Part shown: positions 37,950-51,190 of the stretch, in pieces
Numbering within the stretch: the stretch's first letter is position 1
How the letters are laid out: each line of letters opens with the position of its first letter
NCBI GenBank assembly: GCA_951406725.2
Contig: OX597818.1
Coordinates: forward strand, 61,628,001 to 61,692,000
Direction: 5' to 3'
Source: Octopus vulgaris
Lineage: Eukaryota
Length of the DNA stretch: 64,000 bases
Notes under the pieces: generated by a model
Seen by the model: the letters and a program-made list of their open reading frames with translations, nothing else
Databases searched by the model: none
What the model was told of the DNA's origin: nothing
Position numbers and translations under genes: made by a program

Positions 37950-38350
37950 TGCGCAGGAGTGGCTGTGTGGTAAGTAGCTTGCTAACCAACCACATGGTTC
38001 CGGGTTCAGTCCCACTGCATGGCATCTTGGGCAAGTGTCTTCTGCTATAGCCCAGGGGCCGACCAATGCCTTGTGAGTGGATTTGGTAGACGGAAACTGT
38101 CGTATATATGTATATGTATATATATGTATGTGTGTGTTTGTGTGTCTGGTTTTATCCCCCTAGCATTGCTTGACAACCGATGTTGGTGTGTTTACGTCCC
38201 CGTCACTTAGCGGTTCGGCAAAAGAGACCGATAGAATAAGTACTGGGCTTACAAAAAGAATAAGTCCCGGGGTCGATTTGCTCGACTAAAGGTGGTGCTC
38301 CAGCATGGCCGCAGTCAAATGACTGAAACAAGTAAAAGAGTAAAAGAGTA
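37950..38350 (+). mobile_element. SINE family A, young, with ~60-bp flanking direct repeats
   Basis: Direct repeats at 37888-37949 and 38351-38410. Confidence 0.92.
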
Positions 38351-39138
38351 ATTCTCAGCAAGAGAAATAAGGTGCAAAATATACCAAACTAAAAAAAGAA
38401 AGAAATAATAAAAAAAAGGAAGAAAATGTTTTGTGAATTCTACTGAATAAATGATGACGATGGATACGAGATGTCTATGAAGAAATGTCTCTAGCAGAGC
38501 CTCATAACTAGCAGTGAAACAGTTAAAAAAGAGATTTGCTTTTCTCAACTTGTATTTATCATAATTTTGATTTTTCTAAATAAGACAGTTTTCCAGTGCA
38601 AAATGCATCCAATGTATTTTGTCTCTTGGCAACGTTGATGTAAGAAAAACATCGATTCTGTCACACTAAGTTAGAAAAATGTTATCTTATTCATGTTTAA
38701 AAATGGGGTCACAGCATGGAAGATACAAATGTTGAGTTGACAATAAAGACGAGATAGGTGTAAGAATATTGGTAAGGACTATATTTGCTGTTAGTGAAAG
38801 AAAAATTAAAATACATTATGATTTTCAACTTGAAATTTTTGAATATGTATAAAATTCATGTTGACTGAAACTTAGATATTTGCTTGGCAACCTACTACAC
38901 AATCAGACAAACTGAATAAGCCAGCAGTTTCTAGTTGGCAGACACTGAAAGTTACCCATTGTTTATATGTATATACGTGTCTAAATGTGTGTCTTTGTCG
39001 TTTTGTCATGACATAATGGAATGATGGTTGTAGAGAGTCACCATTATACAAATGGTACTGTTTGTTTTCAGACTTCTGTGGAAACATGTCCAGCCATACA
39101 AGCATGAAAGAGTGGATATTAAAACAATGACATGACAT

Positions 39139-39170
<32 letters not shown>

Positions 39171-40429
39171 GACAGACAGACAGACACACACACACACATA
39201 TATATACGACACGCTTCTTTCAGTTTCCATCTACCAAATCCACTCACAAGTCTTTGGTCAGCCTGAAGCGATAGTAGAAGACACTTGCCCAAGGTGCAAT
39301 GCAGTGGGACTGGAACCATGTGGTTGGTAAGCAAGCTACTTACCACACAGCCACTTCTGCACTTATAAAAAAAATATATATGTAATTAACCATTATTGCC
39401 TTCATTCCAGCTGCTCCCCCCACCAGTTTCATATAATGTGAAGGAGCCATATATCTCCTCCAAAAGCAAGACGCCTCTGCTGTGCCGCGATCATACTTCA
39501 GCCTCTCAACACCCAGCAGGAAGTCACCTTTGGAGTTTTTTCATTTGTCTTAGGAATTACTTGGTGACCTCACCAGTGCAAGTGCTGTGTAAAAAGCAAC
39601 CAGTACATTCTGTGAAGCGACCGGCGTTAGGAAGGACATCCAGCCATAGAAACCATGTCTAAGAATACACCGGAGCTTGACAATCTTTGACTCTTTGGAT
39701 CTTGTCAAAACCATGCAGGCAAGAAAGCTTGATATTAAATCACATGTGTGTGTGTGTGTGTGTGTGAAATATGAATTCTTTATACAAAATTCATTCTCTG
39801 ATAGTGAGCATGATCTTGAAAACAAAATTGAATGGTAGCTGTCAACCTCAGATGAATATCAAATTAAGACTGGACTACAACACAATAATACATTTCGAAG
39901 TACTTTAAATCCATCAAAAACAAAAAAAAAATATATAGACAATAATAATAATAATAATAATAAAAACAGAATAGAAAATAGACAATAAAACAATAATATC
40001 TAATATCTATAAATCAGAGTTTTATTATATGAATTAACTGTCATTGCTAAACAATGATTTAGTGATTCTTCTATCAGGTGACAGGCTTTACCAATATACC
40101 ATATAGAAAAGTTAGGAATTGGTAACAATCATGCCTTTCTTCAGAATACTGACAAAATGAGCAGAGCAGTTCCAATTAAAAATTTTAATTATTTTGTACA
40201 GTGTCTTTAATTTGTTCCAGTCAGTAGATTGCAGCCACATTGAAACACCATGTTTAAGAATTTGGGGCAAAGGAATCTCCTCCAGAAATTTTGTAATTTT
40301 ATATCTATTTTTTTTTAAAGCCTGATATTTATTTGATCAGTCTTTCTTGTCGAATCATTAATAGGGATCTAAACACACCAATACTGGTTGTCAAACAATA
40401 GTGGGGGACAAACACACATACACACACAT

Positions 40430-40612
40430 CATGTTGAACCATCAATCTCTACACATTTTCTCTCCGTTTTTTTACCTTTTAATCCCTTTTGATGAAGAGC
40501 GTAGGCTCAAAATATAAAAGACTTTTCATTCTTCCCGAGTATTACACTAACACACCTGCTTGTGTTGTTTCTTCACCTGGCTTCCTCTTTTCTTTTCTGA
40601 AAATTCGAACTA
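40430..40612 (+). mobile_element. Penelope-like terminal-repeat remnant with a hammerhead-like motif (40486-40520)
   Basis: cttt TGATGA a gagc-gtag-gctc aAAA ta TA aaag; most deviations fit CpG decay of gctcGAAAcgTA; ends in (TA)n. Confidence 0.5.
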
Positions 40613-40624
40613 TATATATTCATT

Positions 40625-41005
40625 TATTCCTTTATTTGTTTTAGTCATTTGACTGCTGCCATGCTGGAGCACCAACTTTAGTTGAACAAATCAACCCAAG
40701 GATTTATTCTTTGTAAGCCTAGTACTTATTCTACCAGTCCCTTTTGCTCAACCACTAAGTTACGGCGGTGTAAACACACCAGCATCAGTTACCAAGCAAT
40801 GGTGAGGAGACAAACACAGACGCACAAACATATACATATATATATATATTTATATATATATATATATGACTGGCTTCTTTCAGTTTCCATCTACCAAATC
40901 TACTCACAAGGCTACGAAATCTACTCAATCCGAAGCTATTGTAGAGGTGGCACACAGTGGGACTGAACCCAGAACTATGTGGTTGGTAAGCAAGCTTCTT
41001 ATCAC
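40625..41005 (-). mobile_element. SINE family A
   Basis: Colinear match. Confidence 0.8.
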
Positions 41006-41105
41006 ACATCCATGCCATATATCATCATCATCATCATCATCATTTAACGTCCGTTCTCCATGCTAGCATGGGTTGGAACATATATTAAATTGAATGGAAG
41101 ATATG

Positions 41106-41159
41106 AAATCCACCTGATGAATGTCATTTGAAGACAGGAAACAATTGTAGTGGCGATTT
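41106..41159 (+). ncRNA. Minimal type-I hammerhead ribozyme motif, nearly intact
   Basis: aaatccac CTGATGA a tgtc-atttgaa-gaca g GAAA c-aatt-g TA gtgg(cg)attt: stems I, II and III, palindromic loop 3, GUA triplet. Confidence 0.72.
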
Positions 41160-41240
41160 ATTTACTTTATATTAAAATTTTTTTATGTATTGATTAAGTC
41201 TTTCCTTGTTTGATTTACAAAATAGTGGTTTTGTCTCTAA

Positions 41241-41319
<79 letters not shown>

Positions 41320-41959
41320 CATACATATACATACTATAAGGTTTTTTTCAGTTTCTGCTTACAAATCCACTCACAAGACTTTAATTGCCCCAAGGCTGTA
41401 GAAGAAGATACCCAAGGTGTCATGTAGTGGGACTGTGTCCATGACCATGTGGTTCTTACCATGCAGTCACACCATTAATTCTATATCTTTTTATAGCATA
41501 TTTCACAAAAATACTAGCTTATGACAGTTACCTATGTTGCTGACCCCGAGATGATGAAACCAAAATACTTTGTTGGGATCTGAACCCAGAACCTAAAGAC
41601 ACATAATAAAACAGTGTAAAGCGTTTTTGCCTGGTGCTGTATCCATTCTTGTAACAACTACTTAGCTTAATAGTAATGATGATTTTCATTCAGTGTTGAT
41701 AATTAAGCAATGAAGTGCATTCCAGTAATGTAGAAATGCTAAAAATATTCTATGTCTATGTATATCGCATGTGATTAGGAAAATATTTGCCTACAGGCCA
41801 ACGGTAATATTCTTATATGTTAAGAAGATAATATGAGTTAATGTGTAAACAAGAGAAGAGAAATACTTGCATAAGTAAAGAATACAAAAACATAACACTT
41901 CACAATATTATCTATATATGCGTGGGTATGTTTATTTATATATACACACATATATATAT

Positions 41960-42490
41960 ATTCATAGGTGAGCGTATGCATTTATGTATATGTTTGCATG
42001 TTTGTCTATATATATATTCATATGTGAGCGTATGTATATGTTTGCGTGTTTGTCTATATATAGATATATATATATATATATATTCATATGTGAGTGTATG
42101 TATATGTTTGCGTGTTTGTCTATATATATATATATATATATATATTCATATGTGAGCGTATGTATTTATGTATATGTTTGTATGTTTGTCTATATATATA
42201 TATATATATTCATGTGTGAGCGTATGTATTTATGTATATGTTTGTATGTTTGTCTATATATATATATATATTCATGTGTGAGCGTATGTATTTATGTATA
42301 TGTTTGCGTGTTTGTCTATATATATAAATATATTCATATGTGAGCGTGTGTATTTATGTATGTTTGCATGTTTGTCTGTATATATATATATGTGAGTGTA
42401 TGTACTAATGTATATGTTTGCGTGTTTGTCTATATATATATATATATATATATTTATATGTGAGCATATGTACTTATGTATATGTTTGCG

Positions 42491-42555
<65 letters not shown>

Positions 42556-42600
42556 GTGAGCGTATGTACTTATATATATGTCTGCGTGTTTGTATATATA
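41960..42600. repeat. Minisatellite of a ~45-bp constant unit plus variable (TA)n, about 11 copies
   Basis: Unit attcatatgtgagcgtatgtatttatgtatatgtttgcgtgtttgtc(ta)n. Confidence 0.92.
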
Positions 42601-42616
42601 TATATATGTGTGTGTG

Positions 42617-42707
<91 letters not shown>

Positions 42708-43085
42708 TACATATATATACATACATATACATATGTATAGGTGTGCTTGTTTATCTCAGCTTCAGCTTTACGGCACGCTGGAATTGTTCACGACGATGAA
42801 AGAAATACAAGAGCCTGAAACATTCTTACAGCCTGTATTTTTAACATATTGAAACAATGATTAAAATTTGGTTTGCAATGAAAAGACTAATTGTACTAAT
42901 AAGTTTTCCATTCAAAATGGAATTTCCTAATTGCTAAAATAGAAGAAATGTAAATATATATTCACTAAAATAATACACAGAGGGAAAAGAGAAAATTCTA
43001 TTTTATCCAAATGGGAAACAATAATAATAATTACAATTTTATAAGCATTATACTTTGGTATTTTTCACTAAAATAGTTTAGTTAA

Positions 43086-43306
43086 CCCTTTTGTTACTGT
43101 ATATATTTTGAGATGCTTTCTGTTTCTTTCAATTGCTTTAAATATAACAAATAATCTAGTAAAATAAACTTAGTTATAATTAAGCTAGTGTTAGGAACAT
43201 AAACTGTGACTAAAGTTTGGTGGAAGATTTTAATTCAAAACTTATGAAAACAAGACATTTGTACTCAGAGCCAGAGCCAGTTTCAGCCGGATTGGTAACG
43301 AAAGGG
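43086..43306. mobile_element. piggyBac-type MITE, second family
   Basis: TTAA|cccttttgttac...gtaacgaaaggg|TTAA; partial relative at ~37260-37490. Confidence 0.85.
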
Positions 43307-43365
43307 TTAAATTGGTGAAATAGATAACTTATATAACTTATATACACACATGCATACATACATAC

Positions 43366-43413
<48 letters not shown>

Positions 43414-43449
43414 AGATCTGATCAAAATGCAAAACTATACTCAATACGT

Positions 43450-43839
43450 ATGATACCAACAGTTCAAAAATGCAAACGACCTAATTGTGGTAGATGCTCA
43501 TACCTAATGGAATTCAATTTCCAGCAAGGAGAAAACTTCTCAATTAAGACCAACTTCACATGTGCTTCCCAGAACCTGATCTATGTTCTAAACTGCTCAG
43601 GTTGTGGCCACAACTATGTGGGCCAAACGAGCCTTACTTTGAGATGCAGTGTCATGCTGCATAAAGAACAGATTTGTCTTCCTCAGTACAGGGAGTTAGC
43701 CCTTAGCGAACATATCGTCGGATGTGCAAGAAAGAAAACACTGAACTTCCATATCTTTCCATTATACCAATGCAAAGATTCAATCTCCTTACAAGAATGC
43801 CTAAACAAGGAAAACCTGTTCATACAGACCACTCCTTAA
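43450..43839 (+). pseudogene. GIY-YIG endonuclease domain of a 5'-truncated Penelope-like element (Neptune-type)
   Basis: CKRPNCGRC linker, FTCASQNLIYVLNCSGCGHNYVGQT (LIY...YVG with CxxC), downstream His residues and KE..FI; no RT upstream. Confidence 0.85.
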
Positions 43840-43984
43840 TATACAAACTTGACCACTTCAAAAAATTATACTGAGGAGTTAGTTGTTACCCTTGCCACCT
43901 TGGTCCCTCTCTAGACTCATTCTTATTTTTCAAGCATTCAAAATGGTGAGACCCCCCATGTCACAAGAATTGATTACTTCACAA

Positions 43985-44031
43985 TGACCCTCGAAAAGCT
44001 AATTTAAATAGCGAAAACCAGTTGTATATCA
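43985..44031 (+). ncRNA. Degenerate hammerhead-like motif in the PLE 3' repeat
   Basis: ctcgaaaa gcta-atttaaa-tagc GAAA accagttg TA; first core box mutated; expected position downstream of GIY-YIG. Confidence 0.4.
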
Positions 44032-44529
44032 CTACAGCCATAAAATATGTATATATTTTTAAAAATTTCTTTATAAAAAGATATTAAACTATGTGAAATG
44101 AAGGCATTTCTCTTCCACATTTTATATCTATGTTTTCCACATATTTCCAACTCATAATTTTGCCACGTGGTGTATACTGAATGTCCAGCATTTTTGCTCC
44201 TGTTATATATTTATATAGATATATATAAGTGTGAAACGATCCTACCAAATTACCGAAGTTATTCTTGTTGCTTATTTTTGATAGGTGATGAAATATTTCC
44301 CATTTCTTAAATTTCTATCCAAAATTTGTTTTGTAACAATAAAAGTATGTGTGTGTATGTACAGTATGTATGTATATATTTAGTTTATATATATACATAC
44401 ACACACACACTCACTCACATACACACTTACACACACTCACCCACACGTACATGCATACAAGATCTGATCAAAAGTATAGGTACTGTTGCTATGGTAACAG
44501 AACTAAAGTACACAGAGTGTACTTTAGTT

Positions 44530-44782
44530 TATCATCATCATCACATCACCATCACCATCACATCATAATCATCATCACATCCTCCTCCTCCTCATCATCA
44601 TAACATCCTCCTCTTCGTCATCATCACATCCTCCTCTTCCTCCTCGTCCTTCTCCTCCTCATCATCATGATTGTCATCGTCATCATCATCACATCATTAT
44701 CATCATCATTATCATTATCATCACTTCCTCCTCCTCCTCCTCCTCATCATCATCATCATCATCACATCCTCCTCATCATCAT
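44530..44782. repeat. (CAT)n/(CCT)n compound microsatellite
   Basis: Seen directly. Confidence 0.95.
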
Positions 44783-45168
44783 CGAAATCTTGATGCTACA
44801 AGATAATGCATGATTAATTCAGAACAATGCGACTAAGTCAGCTTTACATGCGGTGGGGAAGTCTGAACGGTAAAGTGTTAAGACGGGTTTCATTGTACAG
44901 TTACTTTGAACCAAAAAAAAAAAAGCCAACAACTGTGAAGGGGGAGGAGGCTGGGGAATGTCACTGGCAATCACCGAATGTACTTGATATTCCATTTACA
45001 ACTCAGTTTAGACATTTGTGACATTAATAAAATAATTAGTTGATGACATTAATATCCAGGCTGTTCACATGACTGAAAATGGAGCCTGTTGCAAAGAAAC
45101 AAAAAATGACACCATATGGATTGAACAAAGAATGGTGATGCCAAGAGAAATGATGTAATATAATGATG

Positions 45169-45460
45169 GTGAAGGCATGTGGCTTAGTGGTTAGGGCACT
45201 CGGCCCACAGTCGTAAGGTCAGGAGTTTGCTATTGGGTGGCTCATTGCATCATTGAGCAAAATACTATTTCGTGTCACTCCAAACCACTCAGCAAGCAAA
45301 ACTGAATTGTACCAGTAATTCACAAGGGCCTGTCTTGTCACAGTCTGTGTCACACTGATTCTCCCCGAGAGCTACATTAAGGGTGTGCATGTCTGTGGAG
45401 TACTCAGACACTTGTATGTTAATTTCACAAGCAGGCTATTCCATTGATTGGATCAATATT
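45169..45460 (+). mobile_element. SINE family E
   Basis: gtgaaggcatgtggcttagtggttaggg...; colinear with 52597-52921. Confidence 0.78.
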
Positions 45461-45461
45461 C

Positions 45462-45680
45462 AGGGCGGCGAGCTGGCAGAATCGTTAGCATGCTGGGTGA
45501 AATGCTTGGCAGTATTTCATCTGCTGGTATGTTCTGAGTTCAAATTCCACCATGTTAGACTTTGCCTTTCATCCTTTCAGGGTCGATTAAATAAGTACCA
45601 GTTACACACTGGGTTCGATGTAACTAACTTAATCCCTTTGTCTGTCCTTGTTTGTCCCCTCTGAGCAATAAAGAAATAAA
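45462..45680 (+). mobile_element. SINE family B
   Basis: ggcggcgagctggcagaatcgttagc...; short TSD aatattc. Confidence 0.85.
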
Positions 45681-45865
45681 TATTCTTTTCTACTCTAGGC
45701 ACACGGCCCAAAATTTTGGGGGAGGGGGTCCAGTCGATTAGATTGACCCCAGTACACAACTGGTACTTAATTTATCAAAGTTGACCTTGCCATACTTGAG
45801 AAGAACCATGAAACCAAGCAAAGCTGCAATCAAGGAAGATACTGGTGTCCCACAAATGGCACCCA

Positions 45866-46050
45866 TGCTGGTGGCACGTAAAAGCACCCATTACACTCTC
45901 GGAGTGGTTGGCATTAGGAAGGGCATCCAGCTGTAGAAGACCATGCCACATCAGACAAGATCCTGGCACAGCCTTCCAGCGTGCCAGCCCAGTCAAACTA
46001 TACAACCCATGCCAGCATGGACAACAGACATTAAATGATGATGATGATGA
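45866..46050 (+). mobile_element. Family C element
   Basis: ggaagggcatccagctgtag...cccatgccagcatgg...(gat)n. Confidence 0.8.
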
Positions 46051-46054
46051 CATA

Positions 46055-46104
<50 letters not shown>

Positions 46105-46134
46105 TATATACATATACATACACACATATATATT

Positions 46135-46206
<72 letters not shown>

Positions 46207-47282
46207 CATATACATGCACATACATGCACTTGTGAATGGGTGTTTGTGTGGTTGTGTTCCTTTATATCAAAAGGTAATTTAGCCAATTAGTAAACAGAAA
46301 TCAATAAAACAGACACTAGACTGTATCTACTAAAAGCTGCCAACCACAGTGCTCCAGCATGGCCACAGTCCAAATAACTGCTAGCAGTCGTAAAGCAGTA
46401 CGTCTATTAATGCACGAGTATATTTAGACATGTGGTGATTAACAAATACAATTAAATCTTCAACATCTACGATTATGATGAGAAACTATCTTTGTTACAA
46501 GAGGTCACGCACGGAAATATTCAAGGCCTGTAACTCTATTTGCAATCACAGTAATTAAAAATATTATTAACGTCTCTTACATCCTTGCCAAATATACATT
46601 TCATTTTCTACCAACCTTTCTAACGAAGTTTAAGTCATTCTACACACAATGATGTTTGATGACTAAATGCGTATACATACATACACACACACATACATAC
46701 ATTACTGCATATATCCAACCACACACACACACATATATATATAAAGCTTGGCACAATATTTTACAGTAAGAAATCCCCAAATCATTTAGAGAATTTATAA
46801 AAGCATCTATAATAATAAAAGTGCATGAGGGGTTGAAAATGGCAGTAATAGAACAAGGTGGTGGTGGCGGTGGTGGTGGTGGTGGTGGTGATGGTGGTGG
46901 TGGAGGAGTTAATAGTAGTAAAGTGGTGATGGTCACAGCAAAACATGTGATGGTGTAATAGAAGTAGGAAAATGATAGTAGTAGTAGTAGTCGTAGTAGT
47001 AGTAGTAAATATAAAGGTTATAGTCATTGTAACTGTTTAGTCCCATGCCAGCCCTGACTGAAATAACTTTTAAACAAAAGCATTCCTGGGCCATTTGGCT
47101 GCTATTTCTAGCAGGCCAAGTGGCTTTCTCAAGGCCCCTTTGTTGGTTTTTTTCTTTTTTTTATAATAATTCTAATGGGTTTCGATTGTTGTCGGGGTGT
47201 AAGTAGTGATAGTAGCAATAGTAGTGGTAGTTATTGGACCACAATCAATACTGACCAATAAGATCAATAATCAATAATGCCA

Positions 47283-47435
47283 AGGTGGTGAGCTGGCAGA
47301 AATGTCAGCACGTCAGGCGAAATGCTTAGCGGTATTTTGTCTGTCTTCATATTCAGAGTTCAAATTCCGCTGAGGTCGTCTTTGCCTTTCATCCTTTCTG
47401 GGGTCGATAAAGTAAGTACCAGTTGCATACTGGGA
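47283..47435 (+). mobile_element. SINE family B, 5' part
   Basis: aggtggtgagctggcagaaatg...gggtcgataaagtaagtaccag. Confidence 0.8.
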
Positions 47436-47731
47436 TGACTGGGATTCTGTTCGACGGGTCACCTGTAAGGACCCAGGAATATCTTGATAAATGGTAAATG
47501 CAGCAGGGTGACACAACAGTGCACAGTCCCTACATCTGACCAGACCTGAATGCTCAAAATTATTCCAAATGTTTTCTGACCCCTTGGATAGCCACAAGAA
47601 CCACCCCTAGATGTCAATATTGAACACTTTGCTGACTCATGATTTAGACAATGCATCTAAGACAACCCTTTTAAAATAGTAAGGGTTGTTATTTGGCTAA
47701 TATTTTCCAACAGATCTAGTAACTATGTGAC

Positions 47732-48033
47732 CACTGTAACCGACCAGGCTATCAGCTGCTGCTACACATCGCTGGTCACAATGTGCTTCACATTGTTTTA
47801 GCCTTCAAATGACGCCACCACGCTGGCTAAGCGAGCAGGCCAACGGAAGAAAGAGTGAGAGAAGGTTGTGGTGAAAGAGTACAGCAGGGTTCGCCACATG
47901 CCGCTGCTGGAGCCTCGTAGAGCTTTAGGTGTTTTCGCTCAATAAACACTCACAACACCCGATCTGGGAATCGAAACCGCGATCCTACAACTGCGAGTCC
48001 ATTGCCCAAACCACTGGACCATTGTGCCTACAC
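47732..48033 (-). mobile_element. SINE family D
   Basis: Colinear with 36831-37133. Confidence 0.85.
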
Positions 48034-48775
48034 CAAATTAAGTATTTAATGGTTTCCTCCTTGTCTCATAATAATATGAGTCGTAATGGTAGCAACTGAA
48101 CAAGTTGTAATACTGTAACCATGATCATTTTAATGTCTACATCCACCTGGGAAGGACAGTCATTGCTGAGGTGGACAGATAAGTCCATGCCATGTTGGGG
48201 TGGACAGAGAAATCATTTCCTATCCTCTTGACCCAATTCTTATTCAAAGTCACTGTCCTTCTAAACAGGCACGGGTAGGGGCACATCTCACTCAGACCCT
48301 TAAATTTTCAACTTAGTTTCTTTTGGCCGTTCTTACCACCAGCCCTTTTTAAAGAGTGTCTGAGATGCATTTCAATACAGTATTAAAGGAGAAACAAAAG
48401 GTCCTGTTGAACTCCACACCATTGATACCCATCCAACAGCCTCTTTCCAAAGTGCACCGGGTGCATGTTTTTGCAACACCAGCATTAGTATGCTTGCACT
48501 GCACGAAATTTCAAGAGTCCTCACTCTGTTATGTTTACCCCCATTCATTGCAGCCATAGTAGCAGTGGTGGTGGAAGAGTTACAGCAGCAGTTTCCTTCA
48601 CTAAATGCCCTGTCATGCGAACACTCCTAGGAATAGAATCCTGTGGCTTTAAATATGATTAAATTTCTCAAATTATCATTAAAATATTAAGTGGAGAAAG
48701 GAAGGGAGTAAATTTAAGGAGCATCTTGCAATTCATTAATAATAAAATAGTTACAAGATTTTTCTCTTCTTTCCG

Positions 48776-48813
<38 letters not shown>

Positions 48814-49085
48814 CATCATTATTATTATTATTATTATCATTATCATCATTACTATTATCATCATTACTATTATTATTATTATTATTACTATTATTACTAT
48901 TATTATTATTATTATTATTATCATCATTATTATCATTATTATTATTATTATTATCATCATTACTATTATCATCATCATCATCATCATCATTATTATTATT
49001 ATCATCATCATTACTATCATTATCATTATTGTTATTATTATTAATATTATTATTATTATTATCATCATCATTACTATTATTATCA

Positions 49086-49116
<31 letters not shown>

Positions 49117-49205
49117 CATCATTAACATCATCATTATTATTATTATCATTATTATTATTATTATTATCATTATTATTATCATCATTATTATTTATTTATT
49201 TATTT
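48776..49205. repeat. (ATT)n/(ATC)n compound microsatellite
   Basis: Seen directly; source of the poly-L/poly-I ORFs. Confidence 0.98.
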
Positions 49206-49626
49206 ATTAGTGCCTTTTCCTTCAATTCTATGTTATCAGGAAAAATTCTTCCATTCTTCCTGTTAGCAAAAAGAAATTCATTTGAAGACGTGGAACTGAT
49301 CTCATCAAGATATTGCTAAGAGCAATCAACAAAATATGATTTAAATTAATGCAGTGTATTTTTAAATTTTAAAACCGAAATATAAAGTTTGTTCATTTTT
49401 ATCTTATTTCGTTTTGCAGAAATTAAATGTGGAATTATGTAAATGCTTTGTTAATAATATTCCTTTAGAACTTTCATAATATCACTTTCTAAACCAGATA
49501 TAAACGAAGGATTTATTAAATAAAGAAATTTCTAAATATAAGTAAAAATAAGTTTTGTAGAAATTCATTATGGAAAATAACAGAGAGCCCTCAGAATTTG
49601 CACATAATTAATGCTGCTGGACCACC

Positions 49627-49820
49627 AGGAGTGGCTGTGTAGGTGCAGGAGTGGCTGTGTGGAAAGTAGCTTGTTTACCAAGCACATGGTTCCGGGTTCA
49701 GCCCCACTGCGTGGCACCTTTGGTAAGTGTCTTCTACTATAGTCTTGGGCCGACCAAAGCCTTGTGAGTAGACAGAAACTGAAAGGAGCCCGTCATATAT
49801 ATATGTGTGTGTGTGTATGT

Positions 49821-49877
<57 letters not shown>

Positions 49878-50075
49878 TGTGTCTGTGTTTGTCCCTGCAA
49901 CATTGCTTAACATCTGATGCTGGTGTGTTTACGTCCCCATCACCTAGTGGTTTGGCAAGGGAGACTGATAGAATAAGTACTAGGCTTATAAAGAATAAGT
50001 CCTGGAGTTGACTTGCTTGACTAAAGGTGGTGCCCCAGCATGGCTGCAGTCAAATGACTGAAACAAATAAAAGAA
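49627..50075 (+). mobile_element. SINE family A with a short duplicated 5' head
   Basis: caggagtggctgtgt occurs twice; body colinear. Confidence 0.85.
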
Positions 50076-50113
50076 TATATATATACGCACACAAACACAC
50101 ACATACTCATACG

Positions 50114-50146
<33 letters not shown>

Positions 50147-51004
50147 GCATATGCCTTATCCTCTACAGCGTCTATTGAGCACTCCTCTCACATTCAGCTG
50201 ACATAAACCAATGTGTGTGTGTACTTATGTACATATGTAGGTGCGTGTGTGCATGTGTGCATGCATATGTGTATGTATGCATGTATGTGTATATATATAT
50301 TTATATATATATCTATATATTTGTTTATGTATATATGTATGCATTCATTTGTTTTGCCATGGTACACTGTTTTTGAAGCAAATGAATCTGAGGCAGGAAT
50401 TTTATGGTTGGATGCACATCCAGTAATAAACCTCTGCTGTTTGTGATCTTTTTCTTTATTTTTGTTTCTGCTTTACAAGTAATGGATTTTTATTCTGGGA
50501 AAAATTTGAAAACACGGAACTCAGGAATGATTTGTTGACAGGAAATGTCAACAAACTTCATCTTCAGCCAAAATTCTAAGAGTTCTGACATTAAAGTTGA
50601 AACCACAAGGATAATCGTTTGAAGCAGTTTTAGCTAATTCGGACATTTTGATATGAAATTTTCTTTAAAAATTTCTCTGAACACCACAAAATTTCATGAG
50701 AAAATTAAAACAAAATAAAAAATTAAAATTAAAATTAAAATTAAAGAGGCGCAGATTGTAACTGGATTTTGGGAAAAAATATACACTGTAAATCCTCGAG
50801 TATAATCCACCCTTGAGTATAATATGCAGGGGACTTTTAGTTGTGCGTAATTAATGTACAGCCAACTTGTGGAGATCCGCAATAGCATTTTAAGGGCCCC
50901 TGAAAATATTTTGCTTTAAATGTATGAACTGGTGTGTATTGCAAAAAACAGCTAGGTTTTCTTTCTCTAACATTTTACATACTTCATCCTACACAAGTTA
51001 ATGT

Positions 51005-51190
51005 CATCATCATCGTTTAACGTCTGTTTTCCATGCTGGCATGGGTTGGATGGTTCAACTGGGGTCTGGGAAGCCAGGAGGCTGCACTAGGCTCCAGTCT
51101 GATCTGGCAGTGTTTCGACAGCAGGATGCCCTTTTTAACGTCAACCACTCTGAAAGTGTAGTGGGTGCTTTTTACGTGTTACCGGCACAT
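51005..51190 (-). mobile_element. Family C element
   Basis: (cat)n cgtttaacgtctgttttccatgctggcatgggttgg... Confidence 0.8.

Noticed and set aside
48726-49319. Poly-Leu ORF resembling a membrane protein
   Set aside because: (ATT/ATC)n microsatellite
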